The notes: generated by a model not told the origin, from the letters alone. 64,000 nt of DNA from Sphaerochaetaceae bacterium (GCA_034114085.1 JAXEWB010000024.1:11405-75404); one strand, 5' to 3'. Positions 9,377 through 19,535 are shown, counted from the first letter of the stretch. Numbers and translations are program-made.

Positions 9377-12031
9377 ATGAAGGCTGTGGAACTGGAGAAG
9401 TCCTATAATCCAAAGGACTTTGAAGACCGGATTTACGAAGAGTGGAAGAAGAGCGGACTGTTCGGACCCCAAGAAGGGGAAGGCAAACCGTTTACGATTG
9501 TAATGCCTCCACCGAATGTAACCGGTATCCTCCACATGGGGCATGCCCTGAACAATTCTTTGCAGGATATCGTGATCCGCTATTGGCGGATGAACGGCCG
9601 CCCGACGCTCTGGGTGCCGGGGACGGATCATGCGGGAATCGCCACGCAGAATGTCGTTGAACGCCAGCTTGCCAAAGAAGGCCTGCGCCGTCAGGATCTC
9701 GGACGTGAGAAGTTCGTCGAACGGACTTGGAAGGTGAAGGAGAAGCACCACGACATCATTGCGAAGCAGCTTGAAAAGATCGGTTCTTCCTGCGACTGGG
9801 AGCACGAACGCTTTACCATGGACGAAGGGTTGAGCCGCGCCGTCCGTGAATCGTTCGTAACCCTGTATGAACGTGGACTGATTTACAAGGGCAACTATCT
9901 GGTCAACTATTGCCCCAAGTGCGGGACGGCCCTTGCTGATGATGAAGTTGAATACAAGGAGTTGCCCGGCAAGCTCTATGATGTCCGTTATCCTTATAGC
10001 GATGGTTCTGGCTATATCACAGTCGCCACGACCCGTCCTGAAACGATGTTCGGGGACGTCGCCGTCGCCGTCCATCCCGATGACGAGCGGTACAAGGATG
10101 TCGTCGGCAAGCTGCTCGACCTCCCGCTGACCGACCGGAAGATCCCCATCATCGCCGATAGCTTCGTTGAGATGGAGTTCGGTACCGGCATGGTCAAGAT
10201 TACGCCCGCCCATGACCCCAACGACTGGGAATGCGGCAAGCGCCATGACCTGGCAACCATCAACATCCTCAATCCAGACGGGACGCTGAACGACAATGTC
10301 CCGGAGAAATACAGGAACCTGCCGGCGGTCGATGCACGCAAGCTGGTCGTAGCCGACTTGAAGGAACATGGGTATTTGGTCAAGGAGACCGACCACAACC
10401 ACGAGGTCGGCCACTGCTACCGTTGCGGTACCGTCATCGAGCCTTATCTTTCCGAACAGTGGTTCGTCCGTATGAAAGGAATGGCTGACAAGGCCCTCGA
10501 CGCATGGAAGAAGGGGGAGATAGTCTTCTATCCCCGCCGTTGGGAGAATACCTATTCCCACTGGTTGGAGAATATCCGTGACTGGTGCATCAGTCGCCAA
10601 CTCTGGTGGGGACACCGTATCCCCGTCTGGTATTGCGATGACTGCGGGGAAATGATGGTCTCGCGTGAGGATCCATCCAAGTGTTGTAGATGCGGAAGCT
10701 CGCACATCCATCAGGACACTGACGTACTGGATACATGGTTCTCGTCCTGGCTCTGGCCGTTCAGTACCCTCGGTTGGCCGGACAAGACGCCGGATCTTGA
10801 GAAATTCTTCCCAACCTCCACGTTGATTACCGCGTATGACATTATCTTCTTCTGGGTGTCCAGGATGATTATGGCGTCGTTGGAGTTCATGGGGGAAGTG
10901 CCGTTCCGCGACATCTATATCACCGGGCTGGTCCGCGACAGGCAGGGGCGCAAAATGTCCAAGTCCCTTGGCAACGGAATCGACCCGCTCGATGTCGTCG
11001 ATATCTATGGCGCCGACGCCATGAAGTTCACCCTCTGTTATCTTGCCGCGCAGGGGCAGGACGTGCTCATCGATATGGATTCCTTCAAAATGGGTTCGCG
11101 TTTCGCTAACAAGACATGGAATGCCGCCCGGTTCCTGCTGATGAATCTTGAGGGGCGTGAATTAGTCGACCTGAAGACCGTAGAGCTTGGAACCATGGAC
11201 AGGTGGATATATCATGAACTGAATGAGGCCGCGGCCAAAGTATCCGCCGCCATGGCGAACTATCGGTTCAACGATGCCGCCCAGGCAGTATATGATTTCT
11301 TCTGGAATGATTTCTGCGACTGGTATGTCGAGGCGGTGAAGCATTCTTTGTACAGCGATGATCCTGCGGAGAAGGATAGGGCCATCTCCATCCTCCTTGA
11401 CCTGCTGGCCGAATCCATGAGGCTGATGCATCCGTTCCTTTCGTTCATTACGGAGGAAATCTATGAGAAACTGCCGAATGTTGGTGACCAGTTGATTGTC
11501 TCGACCTATCCGCAATGGATGGAAAACAGAGCCTATCCGGAAGAAGCCGCTGTTGTCGGGGCGATGCAGGCCGCGGTTCGCGCGGTTCGAAATCTTCGGG
11601 GCGAGCTACAGATCGGCCCTGAGAAGAAGATTCATGTCGTCGTCCGACCCGATGATGGTTTTGCGGCGACCGGGTTCTTTGCGGAGCGTAAGGATTTGCT
11701 GGCGGGCTTTATCAACGCCGGCGAGCTCGTGATCGACGCGGCGCATTCCGTTGATGTGTCCGGCGCCGTTCCTGTGGCTGGACCTGGGTTTGAATGCTTC
11801 GTATTCGTCAAGGAGGCGATTGACATCAATCATGAGATTGAACGTCTGGAGGCGGATTTGACGAAGGCCCGGCAAAGCTTGGACGGGGTGTTGAAGAAGC
11901 TTTCCAATGAAAAGTTCGTCGTAAACGCAAAGCCGGAGGCCGTTGAGAAAGAACGCTCCAAACAGGCTGAGTTTGAAGAGAAGCTGGAGAAGGGCGAGAA
12001 ACATCTTGGGGTGCTTCGTTCGTTCCTATAG
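9377..12031 (+). CDS. valS: valine--tRNA ligase
   Basis: PPPNVTGILHMGHA (HIGH), KMSKSLGN, CP1 editing domain, C-terminal coiled coil. An AGGAGG RBS precedes the ATG at 9377. Confidence 0.95.
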   Translation: MKAVELEKSYNPKDFEDRIYEEWKKSGLFGPQEGEGKPFTIVMPPPNVTGILHMGHALNNSLQDIVIRYWRMNGRPTLWVPGTDHAGIATQNVVERQLAKEGLRRQDLGREKFVERTWKVKEKHHDIIAKQLEKIGSSCDWEHERFTMDEGLSRAVRESFVTLYERGLIYKGNYLVNYCPKCGTALADDEVEYKELPGKLYDVRYPYSDGSGYITVATTRPETMFGDVAVAVHPDDERYKDVVGKLLDLPLTDRKIPIIADSFVEMEFGTGMVKITPAHDPNDWECGKRHDLATINILNPDGTLNDNVPEKYRNLPAVDARKLVVADLKEHGYLVKETDHNHEVGHCYRCGTVIEPYLSEQWFVRMKGMADKALDAWKKGEIVFYPRRWENTYSHWLENIRDWCISRQLWWGHRIPVWYCDDCGEMMVSREDPSKCCRCGSSHIHQDTDVLDTWFSSWLWPFSTLGWPDKTPDLEKFFPTSTLITAYDIIFFWVSRMIMASLEFMGEVPFRDIYITGLVRDRQGRKMSKSLGNGIDPLDVVDIYGADAMKFTLCYLAAQGQDVLIDMDSFKMGSRFANKTWNAARFLLMNLEGRELVDLKTVELGTMDRWIYHELNEAAAKVSAAMANYRFNDAAQAVYDFFWNDFCDWYVEAVKHSLYSDDPAEKDRAISILLDLLAESMRLMHPFLSFITEEIYEKLPNVGDQLIVSTYPQWMENRAYPEEAAVVGAMQAAVRAVRNLRGELQIGPEKKIHVVVRPDDGFAATGFFAERKDLLAGFINAGELVIDAAHSVDVSGAVPVAGPGFECFVFVKEAIDINHEIERLEADLTKARQSLDGVLKKLSNEKFVVNAKPEAVEKERSKQAEFEEKLEKGEKHLGVLRSFL

Positions 12032-12054
12032 CGTTACGTTAAAAAAACAACTAT

Positions 12055-12099
12055 CGGCCGTCGGAATATTCTTTGAAGAGGATGTCCGGCGGCTTTTTT
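12055..12099 (+). terminator. probable intrinsic terminator after valS
   Basis: The stem is GCCGTCGGA/TCCGGCGGC with one G-U pair and a long loop. It is followed by TTTTTT. Confidence 0.5.
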
Positions 12100-12237
12100 G
12101 TTGCTTGGGCATGGCGGGTGCTGTGTTTTCTTTCTTATCCATAAAAACTCAACATTATCAAACATTTTGTTTATTTTCTTCCAAGATTATATTATATTTC
12201 ACAATGTATGAGAAAATCGACGGGCAGGTTGGGTGTA

Positions 12238-12804
12238 ATGAAAAGTAACAAGCTTGATAGAAGGGTTCAGTATACAAGGATGATTCTACGCCAAAGTTTG
12301 CTGGAACTGATGAAGGAGCGGTCAATCAACAAGATCACCGTGACGGATATCTGCGAATTGGCGGAAGTGAACCGAGGGACTTTCTATGCGCATTATTCTG
12401 ACCCGTACGATCTCTTGCACCAGATAGAGAAGGAGCTGTACAGCGATATCATCCAATCCTTGGAACGGTCCTTGAAATCGGACTCAATCCAAGTGCTGCT
12501 CCAGGAAATATTCCAGTCCATCGAAAAGAACGGGGACCTTTGCAAGATTCTGTTCAGTGAATATGGAGACAAGGAGTTCATCAGGGAACTGCTCTGCATT
12601 GTCCATGACAAATGCATGGACGAGTGGCAGCAAGTCGCCAAGCACGTCGACAGGAGCCAGCTCGAATGGCTGTATACCTTTACTGCGAATGGCAGCGTCG
12701 GCATCATTCAGGCTTGGGTGCAGGGAGGGATGAAGGAAAGCCCCACGGACATCGCGCAATTCATCTACAAGATAAGCAGTCTGGGGCTCCAGGTCGTCAT
12801 GTAG
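12238..12804 (+). CDS. TetR/AcrR-family transcriptional regulator
   Basis: N-terminal HTH: ILRQSLLELMKERSINKITVTDICELAEVNRGTFYAHY. Confidence 0.85.
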   Translation: MKSNKLDRRVQYTRMILRQSLLELMKERSINKITVTDICELAEVNRGTFYAHYSDPYDLLHQIEKELYSDIIQSLERSLKSDSIQVLLQEIFQSIEKNGDLCKILFSEYGDKEFIRELLCIVHDKCMDEWQQVAKHVDRSQLEWLYTFTANGSVGIIQAWVQGGMKESPTDIAQFIYKISSLGLQVVM

Positions 12805-12846
12805 GCGTCTCTTGTCGCCGTCAGTCCATAGCGGATTCTACTTTGA

Positions 12847-12876
12847 ATAAAAAAACCGGGTTGAGAACCCAACCCG
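12847..12876 (-). terminator. intrinsic terminator of the Hc1-like gene
   Basis: The stem is CGGGTTG/CAACCCG with a 6-nt loop. On the minus strand it is followed by GTTTTTTTATT. Confidence 0.7.
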
Positions 12877-12904
12877 ATTAATGTAGTTCGCCAGAATGCA
12901 CAAC

Positions 12905-13081
12905 TTATTCAGCGGTTTTTTCTTCCTGGATTTCCTTTCTTCTGTCTTTGCAAAGCTTGGCAATTTCACCCAAAGCCTTTCGAGCTCTAGCTGCAGAAGC
13001 CTTTACACCTTTTTCGGTGAACTTTGCGTTTTCGGCGATGTAAGTTTCATACTGTGCTACGATCTGCTCATGAATAGTCAT
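12905..13081 (-). CDS. histone H1/Hc1-like small basic DNA-binding protein (58 aa)
   Basis: Below the ORF-track size cutoff. Hand translation gives MTIHEQIVAQYETYIAENAKFTEKGVKASAARARKALGEIAKLCKDRRKEIQEEKTAE. The GxKA(S/A)xxRxRKAxxEIxKL core matches bacterial histone-H1-like (Hc1 family) proteins. It has a strong AGGAGG RBS and its own terminator. Confidence 0.75.
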   Translation of the reverse strand: MTIHEQIVAQYETYIAENAKFTEKGVKASAARARKALGEIAKLCKDRRKEIQEEKTAE

Positions 13082-13107
13082 GCGAGCCTCCTAAATAGTT
13101 CTTACTG

Positions 13108-13113
13108 ATTATA
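13108..13113 (-). promoter_or_regulatory. -10 box (TATAAT) for the Hc1-like gene
   Basis: A perfect TATAAT on the minus strand lies about 27 nt upstream of the ATG. The only -35 candidate is TTGCGT at a 19-nt spacing. Confidence 0.45.
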
Positions 13114-13207
13114 GTAACATTTTCATCATAAAACGCAAGAAAAAAGTAAGAAATATGCGAAATTAATGCTGATTTTACAGTTTTCTACTGGAAGAAGGCT
13201 GGAAAAT

Positions 13208-14356
13208 TTAGATTGTCCGCCCCTTCCAACTGAACCCTTTCTTCGTAAATGTCCTGAACAATCCGTGGATGTACATCCCGCAAATCCAGAAAAACGTGAC
13301 GCAACCCGTCAATGCGACGCTGACCGGATATCCATGGAACAGGGCCATGACCGCCCATATCCCATACAGCAGCACCGTCCCGATAGTCGTCAGGATGGCT
13401 GGAACGACAAAGCCGACATATCCCATGGCACCGGCTATGATGCATGCCGTCATGGCGGCTGGCGCAAGTCCACAACATAGAAGCACCACTACCGCGAGCA
13501 TGATCAACGGGAAGAGCTTCATCGGGACGACGCCGACGATACTGCGTTCTATGCCTCCGAACGCCTCCTTTGTCGTCGCGTACATGGTGCAGGAGACCGC
13601 GCTGGATGCATCGACCAGGAGCTGCCGGTGTCCCTGTTTGACAAGTTCCCTCGCAAGATGCACATCGTCGGTAATCGTATTCCGAAAACGGGTGAACCCT
13701 TGGATATCCTCTAGGGCGGAACGCTTGATGAACAGGTACTGTCCGATCGCCATTGCGAAAATTGATTTGGGATAGGAACGTTGCAGTGCGAGAGGCACGA
13801 AGAGAACGGTATTGAACAGCATCGCCGAGATAATACTGCCGACACCCCAGCTCGGGCAGATTTCTCTGGGATATCCCGAAACCAGCGCCGCATTGTTTTT
13901 GGTGGCGACGCTATAGCCGAAAGCCACGCTTTGTTGGGCATGCACTGTATCCGCATCTGTGAAAAGGAGATATTCACCCTTGGCGTTTTCAAGCAATTGC
14001 TGCATGGCGAACAATTTGCCTTTCCAGCCGGAGGGGAGCGGTTGTCCTTTGATACCATGTACCCTTGGATCCTCCAAGGCATGGGTTTGTATGACATCCC
14101 AAGTTCTGTCCGTCGAATTGTCGTCAAGGACCAATATCTCGATATTGCGATAAGCCTGCTTTTGAAGCGACTCGATGCAGGCGGGAAGATTCGATTCTTC
14201 ATTCCTTGCCGGGATAAGAATCGAAATCAACGGGCCGTTATCCGTCAGCTTATGTGGAATCTGTTTGCTGAGGACGTGTACATTTGAAATGGAAAGCAAC
14301 AGCGCGTAGATGCCTATGGCGAAGATCAGTATACTGTAGGCTACAATCCACGACAT
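13208..14356 (-). CDS. family 2 glycosyltransferase, membrane-anchored
   Basis: The GT2 motifs are ISILIPARNEESNLPACIESL, ILVLDDNSTD and FTDADT. It has an N-terminal TM segment and several C-terminal TM segments. Confidence 0.85.
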   Translation of the reverse strand: MSWIVAYSILIFAIGIYALLLSISNVHVLSKQIPHKLTDNGPLISILIPARNEESNLPACIESLQKQAYRNIEILVLDDNSTDRTWDVIQTHALEDPRVHGIKGQPLPSGWKGKLFAMQQLLENAKGEYLLFTDADTVHAQQSVAFGYSVATKNNAALVSGYPREICPSWGVGSIISAMLFNTVLFVPLALQRSYPKSIFAMAIGQYLFIKRSALEDIQGFTRFRNTITDDVHLARELVKQGHRQLLVDASSAVSCTMYATTKEAFGGIERSIVGVVPMKLFPLIMLAVVVLLCCGLAPAAMTACIIAGAMGYVGFVVPAILTTIGTVLLYGIWAVMALFHGYPVSVALTGCVTFFWICGMYIHGLFRTFTKKGFSWKGRTI

Positions 14357-14368
14357 GTAAGCTCCTTT

Positions 14369-15169
14369 TTACTTTCGAAGCCCAGCGAGAGCTTCATCAA
14401 TCTGACTGTCTCCTGTATATAGCTGTGTCGCTACCTCCAGATACTGAATCGCCCGTTCGTCCATGCCAAGCTTCTTGCAGGCCATGCCGATGCCTGAATA
14501 GACGGAGAACATATCCCAGGGCGCCATTTGACCCTGGGCCGTCTCCATGAGTTCCAGGAACATCATGAGCGCCCTTTTCGTATCCCCTCCGCCAATGGCG
14601 GGAGCGTAGAGCAATCTGTTCGCCATCATCACCTTGACCGTGATTTCCTCCGGATATAGTTCCCATGCCTTGTCCGTCAGCTTGGTGGAATTCAACCCCT
14701 TTGAAATATTCATGGAGCTGATCAGGTACCAGATGGAATCGATGTCGGCCTCTTGAGTCAGCGCCATGGATTCAGGAACCCCTAGCGCCGTGGCTTTTTC
14801 AAGAATGGCATTCGCCTCTTTGAGCAAGTTTTTTGCGTCATTATTGCGTTTCGGGCGAATTTCGGTATAGTAGCGGGCCAGAATCGTATTCGCTTTTGAA
14901 TGCATCATCAACTGGTTCACTTCTTGGAGGTCGGAAGCTGGTAAGGAATCGAGCACCGCCTGATAGCTCTGGTCCACCTTGTCGACCGGTTCCGCGTTCT
15001 TGACGTCCGCGACGAAATGCACAAAAGGTGTGTAATGGTTCAGAAAGGCCCACTGATCAGTCATGGATGTCGCCGCAAAAAGCGTCATCGGAAGAAAGGC
15101 CAACAGGAGTACCACCAGGAAAATCCCTTTTCCATGGATGTCAGGCTTTGTATTGTTCATGATTCTCAT
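14369..15169 (-). CDS. hypothetical exported protein, helical or TPR-like C-terminus
   Basis: Signal/TM segment GIFLVVLLLAFLPMTLFAA. The C-terminus (MFSVYSGIGMACKKLGMDERAIQYLEVA) is TPR-like. It ends 12 nt upstream of the GT2 gene, so co-transcription is likely. Confidence 0.6.
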   Translation of the reverse strand: MRIMNNTKPDIHGKGIFLVVLLLAFLPMTLFAATSMTDQWAFLNHYTPFVHFVADVKNAEPVDKVDQSYQAVLDSLPASDLQEVNQLMMHSKANTILARYYTEIRPKRNNDAKNLLKEANAILEKATALGVPESMALTQEADIDSIWYLISSMNISKGLNSTKLTDKAWELYPEEITVKVMMANRLLYAPAIGGGDTKRALMMFLELMETAQGQMAPWDMFSVYSGIGMACKKLGMDERAIQYLEVATQLYTGDSQIDEALAGLRK

Positions 15170-15244
15170 ATTCCCCAATTATCTCATCTATAGGATGTGC
15201 GCGTTGTATTTGCTACTATACAACAGTTTCTGGTTAATAAACAC

Positions 15245-16738
15245 TTAATTGTTGATTTGTTCATTAACTCTTCTGATAAGATACCCTTTTTTCACAGGTT
15301 TGTCAGTTGAAAGATAGCATGTCTTTCCATGGTCGATCTGCCCGACTGGTTCAAGATATTCATTGAGAGGGATGTACGTCTCATCGGCGACGCACGATAC
15401 GTCAGGACCGATATATTCAAGCCGCTGTCCCGTCCGTATCTGGTTGCGGATGTCCAAGGCGAACGTCCCCGGCCTCGCTTCTTCTCCGACGATGCCGAGG
15501 AACAGGTAGTCCCTGATATACCCCGGAGTCGCCGCGAAGTCTATTTCTCCGCCGATCCTTGCTTCTGGCGCGATATCGCTGGCGGACTTGGCCGACATGG
15601 CCGACGTGGGTGCCGAAGCGCCTGGTGCTGACGGAATGTCCGTGGATTGAACCGCTTCATTGGCCGATGCGGTTGGCGAAGCCCCTGCCGCCGCTGTGAT
15701 GCCTGAACAAGGCGTCGCGGCATCTGCGTCGTCCATTTCAGGATCGACCGGGCCATGGCCGAAGAAGAATCCCGTGGAATATTCCCTGTGGCTGATATTG
15801 AACAGTTCGTCCCGGAATTCCTTCCACTGGTCTGAGCCTGGAAGCCCTTCCAGCGCGTCCAACGCCTTGCGGTATGCCCGCGTTACAATCGCTACATAGT
15901 AGAGCGATTTCATGCGGCCTTCGATTTTCAAAGAATCGACACCGGCGTCCCGAAGCTCTGCGAGGTGGTCGATCATGCATAGGTCTTTTGAAGAAAGAAT
16001 CGTGGTAAAACCGTCCTGCTCGCTGATAGGGTAGTAGGTTCCCGGCCGTTCAGCTTCTTCCAAGGCCAGGGATTCGCTGCCGAGGATGCTTTCGTCCAAC
16101 AACTTGTCCAGACGTTCGCTACCCATCAACCGATAATTCCACCGGCAGGTATGGGCGCAATCCCCTTGGTTGCCGCTCCTGCCGGTCAGATGACTGGAAA
16201 GCAGGCACCGTCCGGAATAGGCCATGCACATCGCTCCATGGACGAACGCCTCCAGCTCCAGTTCCGGTATCGCGTCTTTGATCCGCCTGATATCGTCAAG
16301 CGGGGTTTCCCGTCCCAGCACGATCCGGGAGAAACCCAGGTCATGGTAGACCTTCGCCGCGGTAGCGTTGATACAGCTCGCCTGGGTGGAAAGATGCAGC
16401 TCCTTGTCAGGAAAGGCTTCTTTGAGAACCGTCGCCGCGCCCATGTCCGTGACGATGAATGCGTCAAACGGCCATTGCGCGATCAACGGCAGCTGTTCCT
16501 TCAGATGAACGATGTCATCTTCATGGAACAGAACGTTGACCGCGCAATACAGTCTGCGGTCGGGCTTCCCCTCCCGCCGCTTCAAAGCGGAAAGCCCCTC
16601 CCATTGCCGGTCCGAGAAATTTCCCGCGTTGGCGCGCATCGAGAAATTCTTGAGCCCCATGTAGACGGCGTCGGCACCATAGTCAAACGCAGTCACAAGC
16701 TTTTCATACGTCCCGGCGGGGGAGAGCAGTTCCATCAT
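15245..16738 (-). CDS. peptidase U32 family protein
   Basis: The N-terminus is MELLSPAGTYEKLVTAFDYGADAVYMG. The central E-x-F-x-H-G-A-M-C motif (LEAFVHGAMCMAYSGRCLLS) is the U32 signature. The ATG follows the lon stop codon with 1 nt between. Confidence 0.9.
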   Translation of the reverse strand: MMELLSPAGTYEKLVTAFDYGADAVYMGLKNFSMRANAGNFSDRQWEGLSALKRREGKPDRRLYCAVNVLFHEDDIVHLKEQLPLIAQWPFDAFIVTDMGAATVLKEAFPDKELHLSTQASCINATAAKVYHDLGFSRIVLGRETPLDDIRRIKDAIPELELEAFVHGAMCMAYSGRCLLSSHLTGRSGNQGDCAHTCRWNYRLMGSERLDKLLDESILGSESLALEEAERPGTYYPISEQDGFTTILSSKDLCMIDHLAELRDAGVDSLKIEGRMKSLYYVAIVTRAYRKALDALEGLPGSDQWKEFRDELFNISHREYSTGFFFGHGPVDPEMDDADAATPCSGITAAAGASPTASANEAVQSTDIPSAPGASAPTSAMSAKSASDIAPEARIGGEIDFAATPGYIRDYLFLGIVGEEARPGTFALDIRNQIRTGQRLEYIGPDVSCVADETYIPLNEYLEPVGQIDHGKTCYLSTDKPVKKGYLIRRVNEQINN

Positions 16739-16739
16739 A

Positions 16740-19247
16740 TCAATCCTTCTGTTGGGCGAGTACAGCCGCCACGGCCTCCGCCACCGCCTTCGCGATAGCC
16801 GAGTTCTGTCGGTTGGCTTCTTCTTGTACTCTCTGCTCCGCTTTCTGTCTAGCCTCCTGCACGTCCATATCGGCAAGATGGGGCATTTTATCGTTCGGGA
16901 AAGCATAGGAGAGCACTTGTTCCATGTCTCCCACCAGATGGAACTCGATTCCTTCCTTGAGATTGGCGTCCAACTTGTCCAGGTCCCGCTTGTTGAATCG
17001 CGGAACGAGAATCGTTTTGACCATGTTCCGTTTCGCGGCGAGGACCTTTTCTTTCAGACCGCCGATCGGCATGACCTTTCCCTTGAGCGACAGCTCCCCG
17101 GTCATGGCCAGGTCAGGGGCGATCGTCTGACCCGTCACCAGCGAATACAGCGCACAGGTCATGGTGACGCCCGCCGATGGACCGTCCTTCGGAGTGGCGC
17201 CTTCCGGTATATGGAGGTGGATGCCGTTCTTGTCGTACCAGGACATGTCTATGCCATGGCGCGGGCTCGCCGCCTTGAGCCACGTATACGCGATGTTCGC
17301 AGACTCCTGCATCACCTCGCCAAGCTGACCGGTGAGCTTCAGCTCGCCCTTGCCCGGTATCTCCTGGGCCTCGATCACGAGAGTGTCCCCGCCCATGCTG
17401 GTCCAGGCCAGTCCCACAGCCATGCCCGGCCTGTCGGCGCGGAGGATTTCATCCTCATGGAAAATCGGCTGCCCCAGATATTTGACGACGCGCTCGCCGT
17501 CCATGGAAATAGGGAGCTTCAGCTGGTCTTCAGGAGTCTCCTCGATCTCAAGGGCCACCTTGCGGTGTATCTTGTCCAGCGCCTTCTCGTAGTTGCGTAC
17601 GCCGGCTTCCCTGGCGTATTCGTCAGCGATCTTGCGGAGGATCGCGGAGGTGTACTTGACTTCCTTGGTCGTCAGACCGTGTTTCTTCATGCTCTTCGGC
17701 ACAAGGTATTTCTTGCCTATGGCCAGCTTCTCGTCGGAAGTGTATCCCGCCAGCTGGATGACCTCCATGCGGTCGAGCAACGGGGTGGGGATCGTGTCCA
17801 GCGAGTTCGCCGTAACGATGAACAGGATCTCGGACAGGTCGAACGGAAGATCGAGGTAGTGGTCTCTGAAGGTGCCGTTCTGCTCCGGGTCGAGGACCTC
17901 CAGCAACGCCGAAGCGGGGTCGCCTTGATAGGAGACTCCCATCTTGTCGATCTCATCGATCAGAAATACCGGATTCTTCGCCTTTACCGTCTTCAGCCCC
18001 TGGATGATCTTGCCGGGCATCGCCCCGATATAGGTCCTGCGGTGACCCTTGATCTCGGCCTCGTCACGCATGCCGCCGACGGAGAACCTGTAGTACTCCT
18101 TCTTCAACGCGCGGGCGATCGACACCCCGACCGAAGTTTTTCCTACTCCGGGAGGTCCGACCAGACATATGATGGAACCCTTCGTATCCTGCTTTTTCTT
18201 GCGGACGGCAAGGAACTCCAGAATCCTGTCCTTGACGTCCTTCATCCCGTAATGGTCCCGTTCCAGGATTTTCCGGGCGCTCTCGATGGAGAAATCCTCC
18301 GGCTTCGGTTCCTTCCATGGCAATGCGGTGACCGTTTCCAGATATGTCCGGCTGATGGAATATTCCGGGCTGTTCGGGTCGAGCAACTGGAACTTCTCCA
18401 GCTCGCTATAGACGGCTTCCTTCGCCTCTCCTTCAAGGGGGAGCGTCTCGATCTTCTTCTTGAGCTTTTCGTAAGTGCTGGTCTTGGGGTCGGTCGTCAT
18501 TCCCAGCTCTATCTGGATCGCCTTGAGTTCTTCGCGGAGGAAATACTCGCGCTGGTTCTTTTCCAGCTTCTGGTTGATGCGCGCCTGTATCTTGGCCTGC
18601 ATGCTCGCCAGCTTCTGTTCCTTCTTGATGAACACGAGGACCTTCTCGATCCGTTCCCTGACATTCAGCGTTTCAAGGATATTCTGCTGTTGTTCCCGTT
18701 CCACGTTGAGGATACTGGCGATGAAATCAGCCAGCTTTCCCGGATGGTCTATGTTGACCATGTTCAGACGCATTTCTTCGGTGAACAGCTGATTGCCCTT
18801 CGACAGCTCCTTCATCTCGCTGATCAGCTGCCGGGTCCACGCCCGCAGCTCGGTGGGCCGGTCCTCGACGTCGTCCAGATACTCGACTTCCGCGACAAGA
18901 TACGGCCCGCTCGGATAGAACTGACGCACCTTGAAGCGTTTGAGCGTCGAGATGAAGATGTTGATGCCGCCGTCCGGCAGCTTGATCTTCTTGATGACCT
19001 TCGCCACCGTCCCTACGGTATGCAAATTGTCCGGATCATATTCCGATCCGTTTATATCGGCCTTCGTCAGTAACAGCCCGATGTTCCCGCCATGGTTGAT
19101 CGCCTGTCCTACGATATCGATATCCTCTTGGTCCGTGACCATGAGAGGCGTAAATAATCCCGGAAATACAGGATTGCCGGTGATCGGCAGAATGAACAGA
19201 TTATTGGGAAGCAGCTGCTCAATAGGCATCAGTTCCTTTTCTGGCAT
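16740..19247 (-). CDS. lon: ATP-dependent Lon protease (endopeptidase La)
   Basis: LON N-domain (LFILPITGNPVFPGLFTP), Walker A GPPGVGKTS, catalytic PKDGPSAGVTM. The start is placed at MPEKELMPIEQ, which is internal to the track ORF. Confidence 0.95.
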   Translation of the reverse strand: MPEKELMPIEQLLPNNLFILPITGNPVFPGLFTPLMVTDQEDIDIVGQAINHGGNIGLLLTKADINGSEYDPDNLHTVGTVAKVIKKIKLPDGGINIFISTLKRFKVRQFYPSGPYLVAEVEYLDDVEDRPTELRAWTRQLISEMKELSKGNQLFTEEMRLNMVNIDHPGKLADFIASILNVEREQQQNILETLNVRERIEKVLVFIKKEQKLASMQAKIQARINQKLEKNQREYFLREELKAIQIELGMTTDPKTSTYEKLKKKIETLPLEGEAKEAVYSELEKFQLLDPNSPEYSISRTYLETVTALPWKEPKPEDFSIESARKILERDHYGMKDVKDRILEFLAVRKKKQDTKGSIICLVGPPGVGKTSVGVSIARALKKEYYRFSVGGMRDEAEIKGHRRTYIGAMPGKIIQGLKTVKAKNPVFLIDEIDKMGVSYQGDPASALLEVLDPEQNGTFRDHYLDLPFDLSEILFIVTANSLDTIPTPLLDRMEVIQLAGYTSDEKLAIGKKYLVPKSMKKHGLTTKEVKYTSAILRKIADEYAREAGVRNYEKALDKIHRKVALEIEETPEDQLKLPISMDGERVVKYLGQPIFHEDEILRADRPGMAVGLAWTSMGGDTLVIEAQEIPGKGELKLTGQLGEVMQESANIAYTWLKAASPRHGIDMSWYDKNGIHLHIPEGATPKDGPSAGVTMTCALYSLVTGQTIAPDLAMTGELSLKGKVMPIGGLKEKVLAAKRNMVKTILVPRFNKRDLDKLDANLKEGIEFHLVGDMEQVLSYAFPNDKMPHLADMDVQEARQKAEQRVQEEANRQNSAIAKAVAEAVAAVLAQQKD

Positions 19248-19535
19248 GAGATACCCTCCAATGCAAGTATTGTTTTTTATCACGTCCGTCCATGTCGGAC
19301 GCGGCGATAATGAAGCTATCTTCCATAATGTAATCAAAGTTCGTCCGATAGGGAAGGTATCGCTGTGGAAGTTTTTCATTGGAACAGAGGAAAATTCCTA
19401 CCGTCATTCCTTCGGTTTTATCCAATGGCCTGAAATTCCTGATTCTTTTCCTTGACTTTTCAAGAACTCATGGAATGATGATTGGAAGAATCCGTCGGCG
19501 GGGCGTATCATATGTCCGCTTTGGTAGTCGTTTGA

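Noticed and set aside
16752-19073. 773-aa ORF on the plus strand, antisense to lon. Similar long antisense ORFs occur at 7641-8903 (glgA), 9335-10711 (valS), 27236-28651 (recJ), 54923-56167 (guaA), 60438-61523 (BMP binding protein), 61761-63293 (ABC ATPase), 51027-51917 (pepC) and 19404-20981 (C69 dipeptidase).
   Set aside because: - Each lies exactly opposite a gene with unmistakable conserved motifs.
- Their translations are Arg/Leu/His/Asp/Gly-rich with no recognisable motifs, signal peptides or RBS.
- Long stop-free antisense frames are an expected by-product of codon bias in GC-rich genes.
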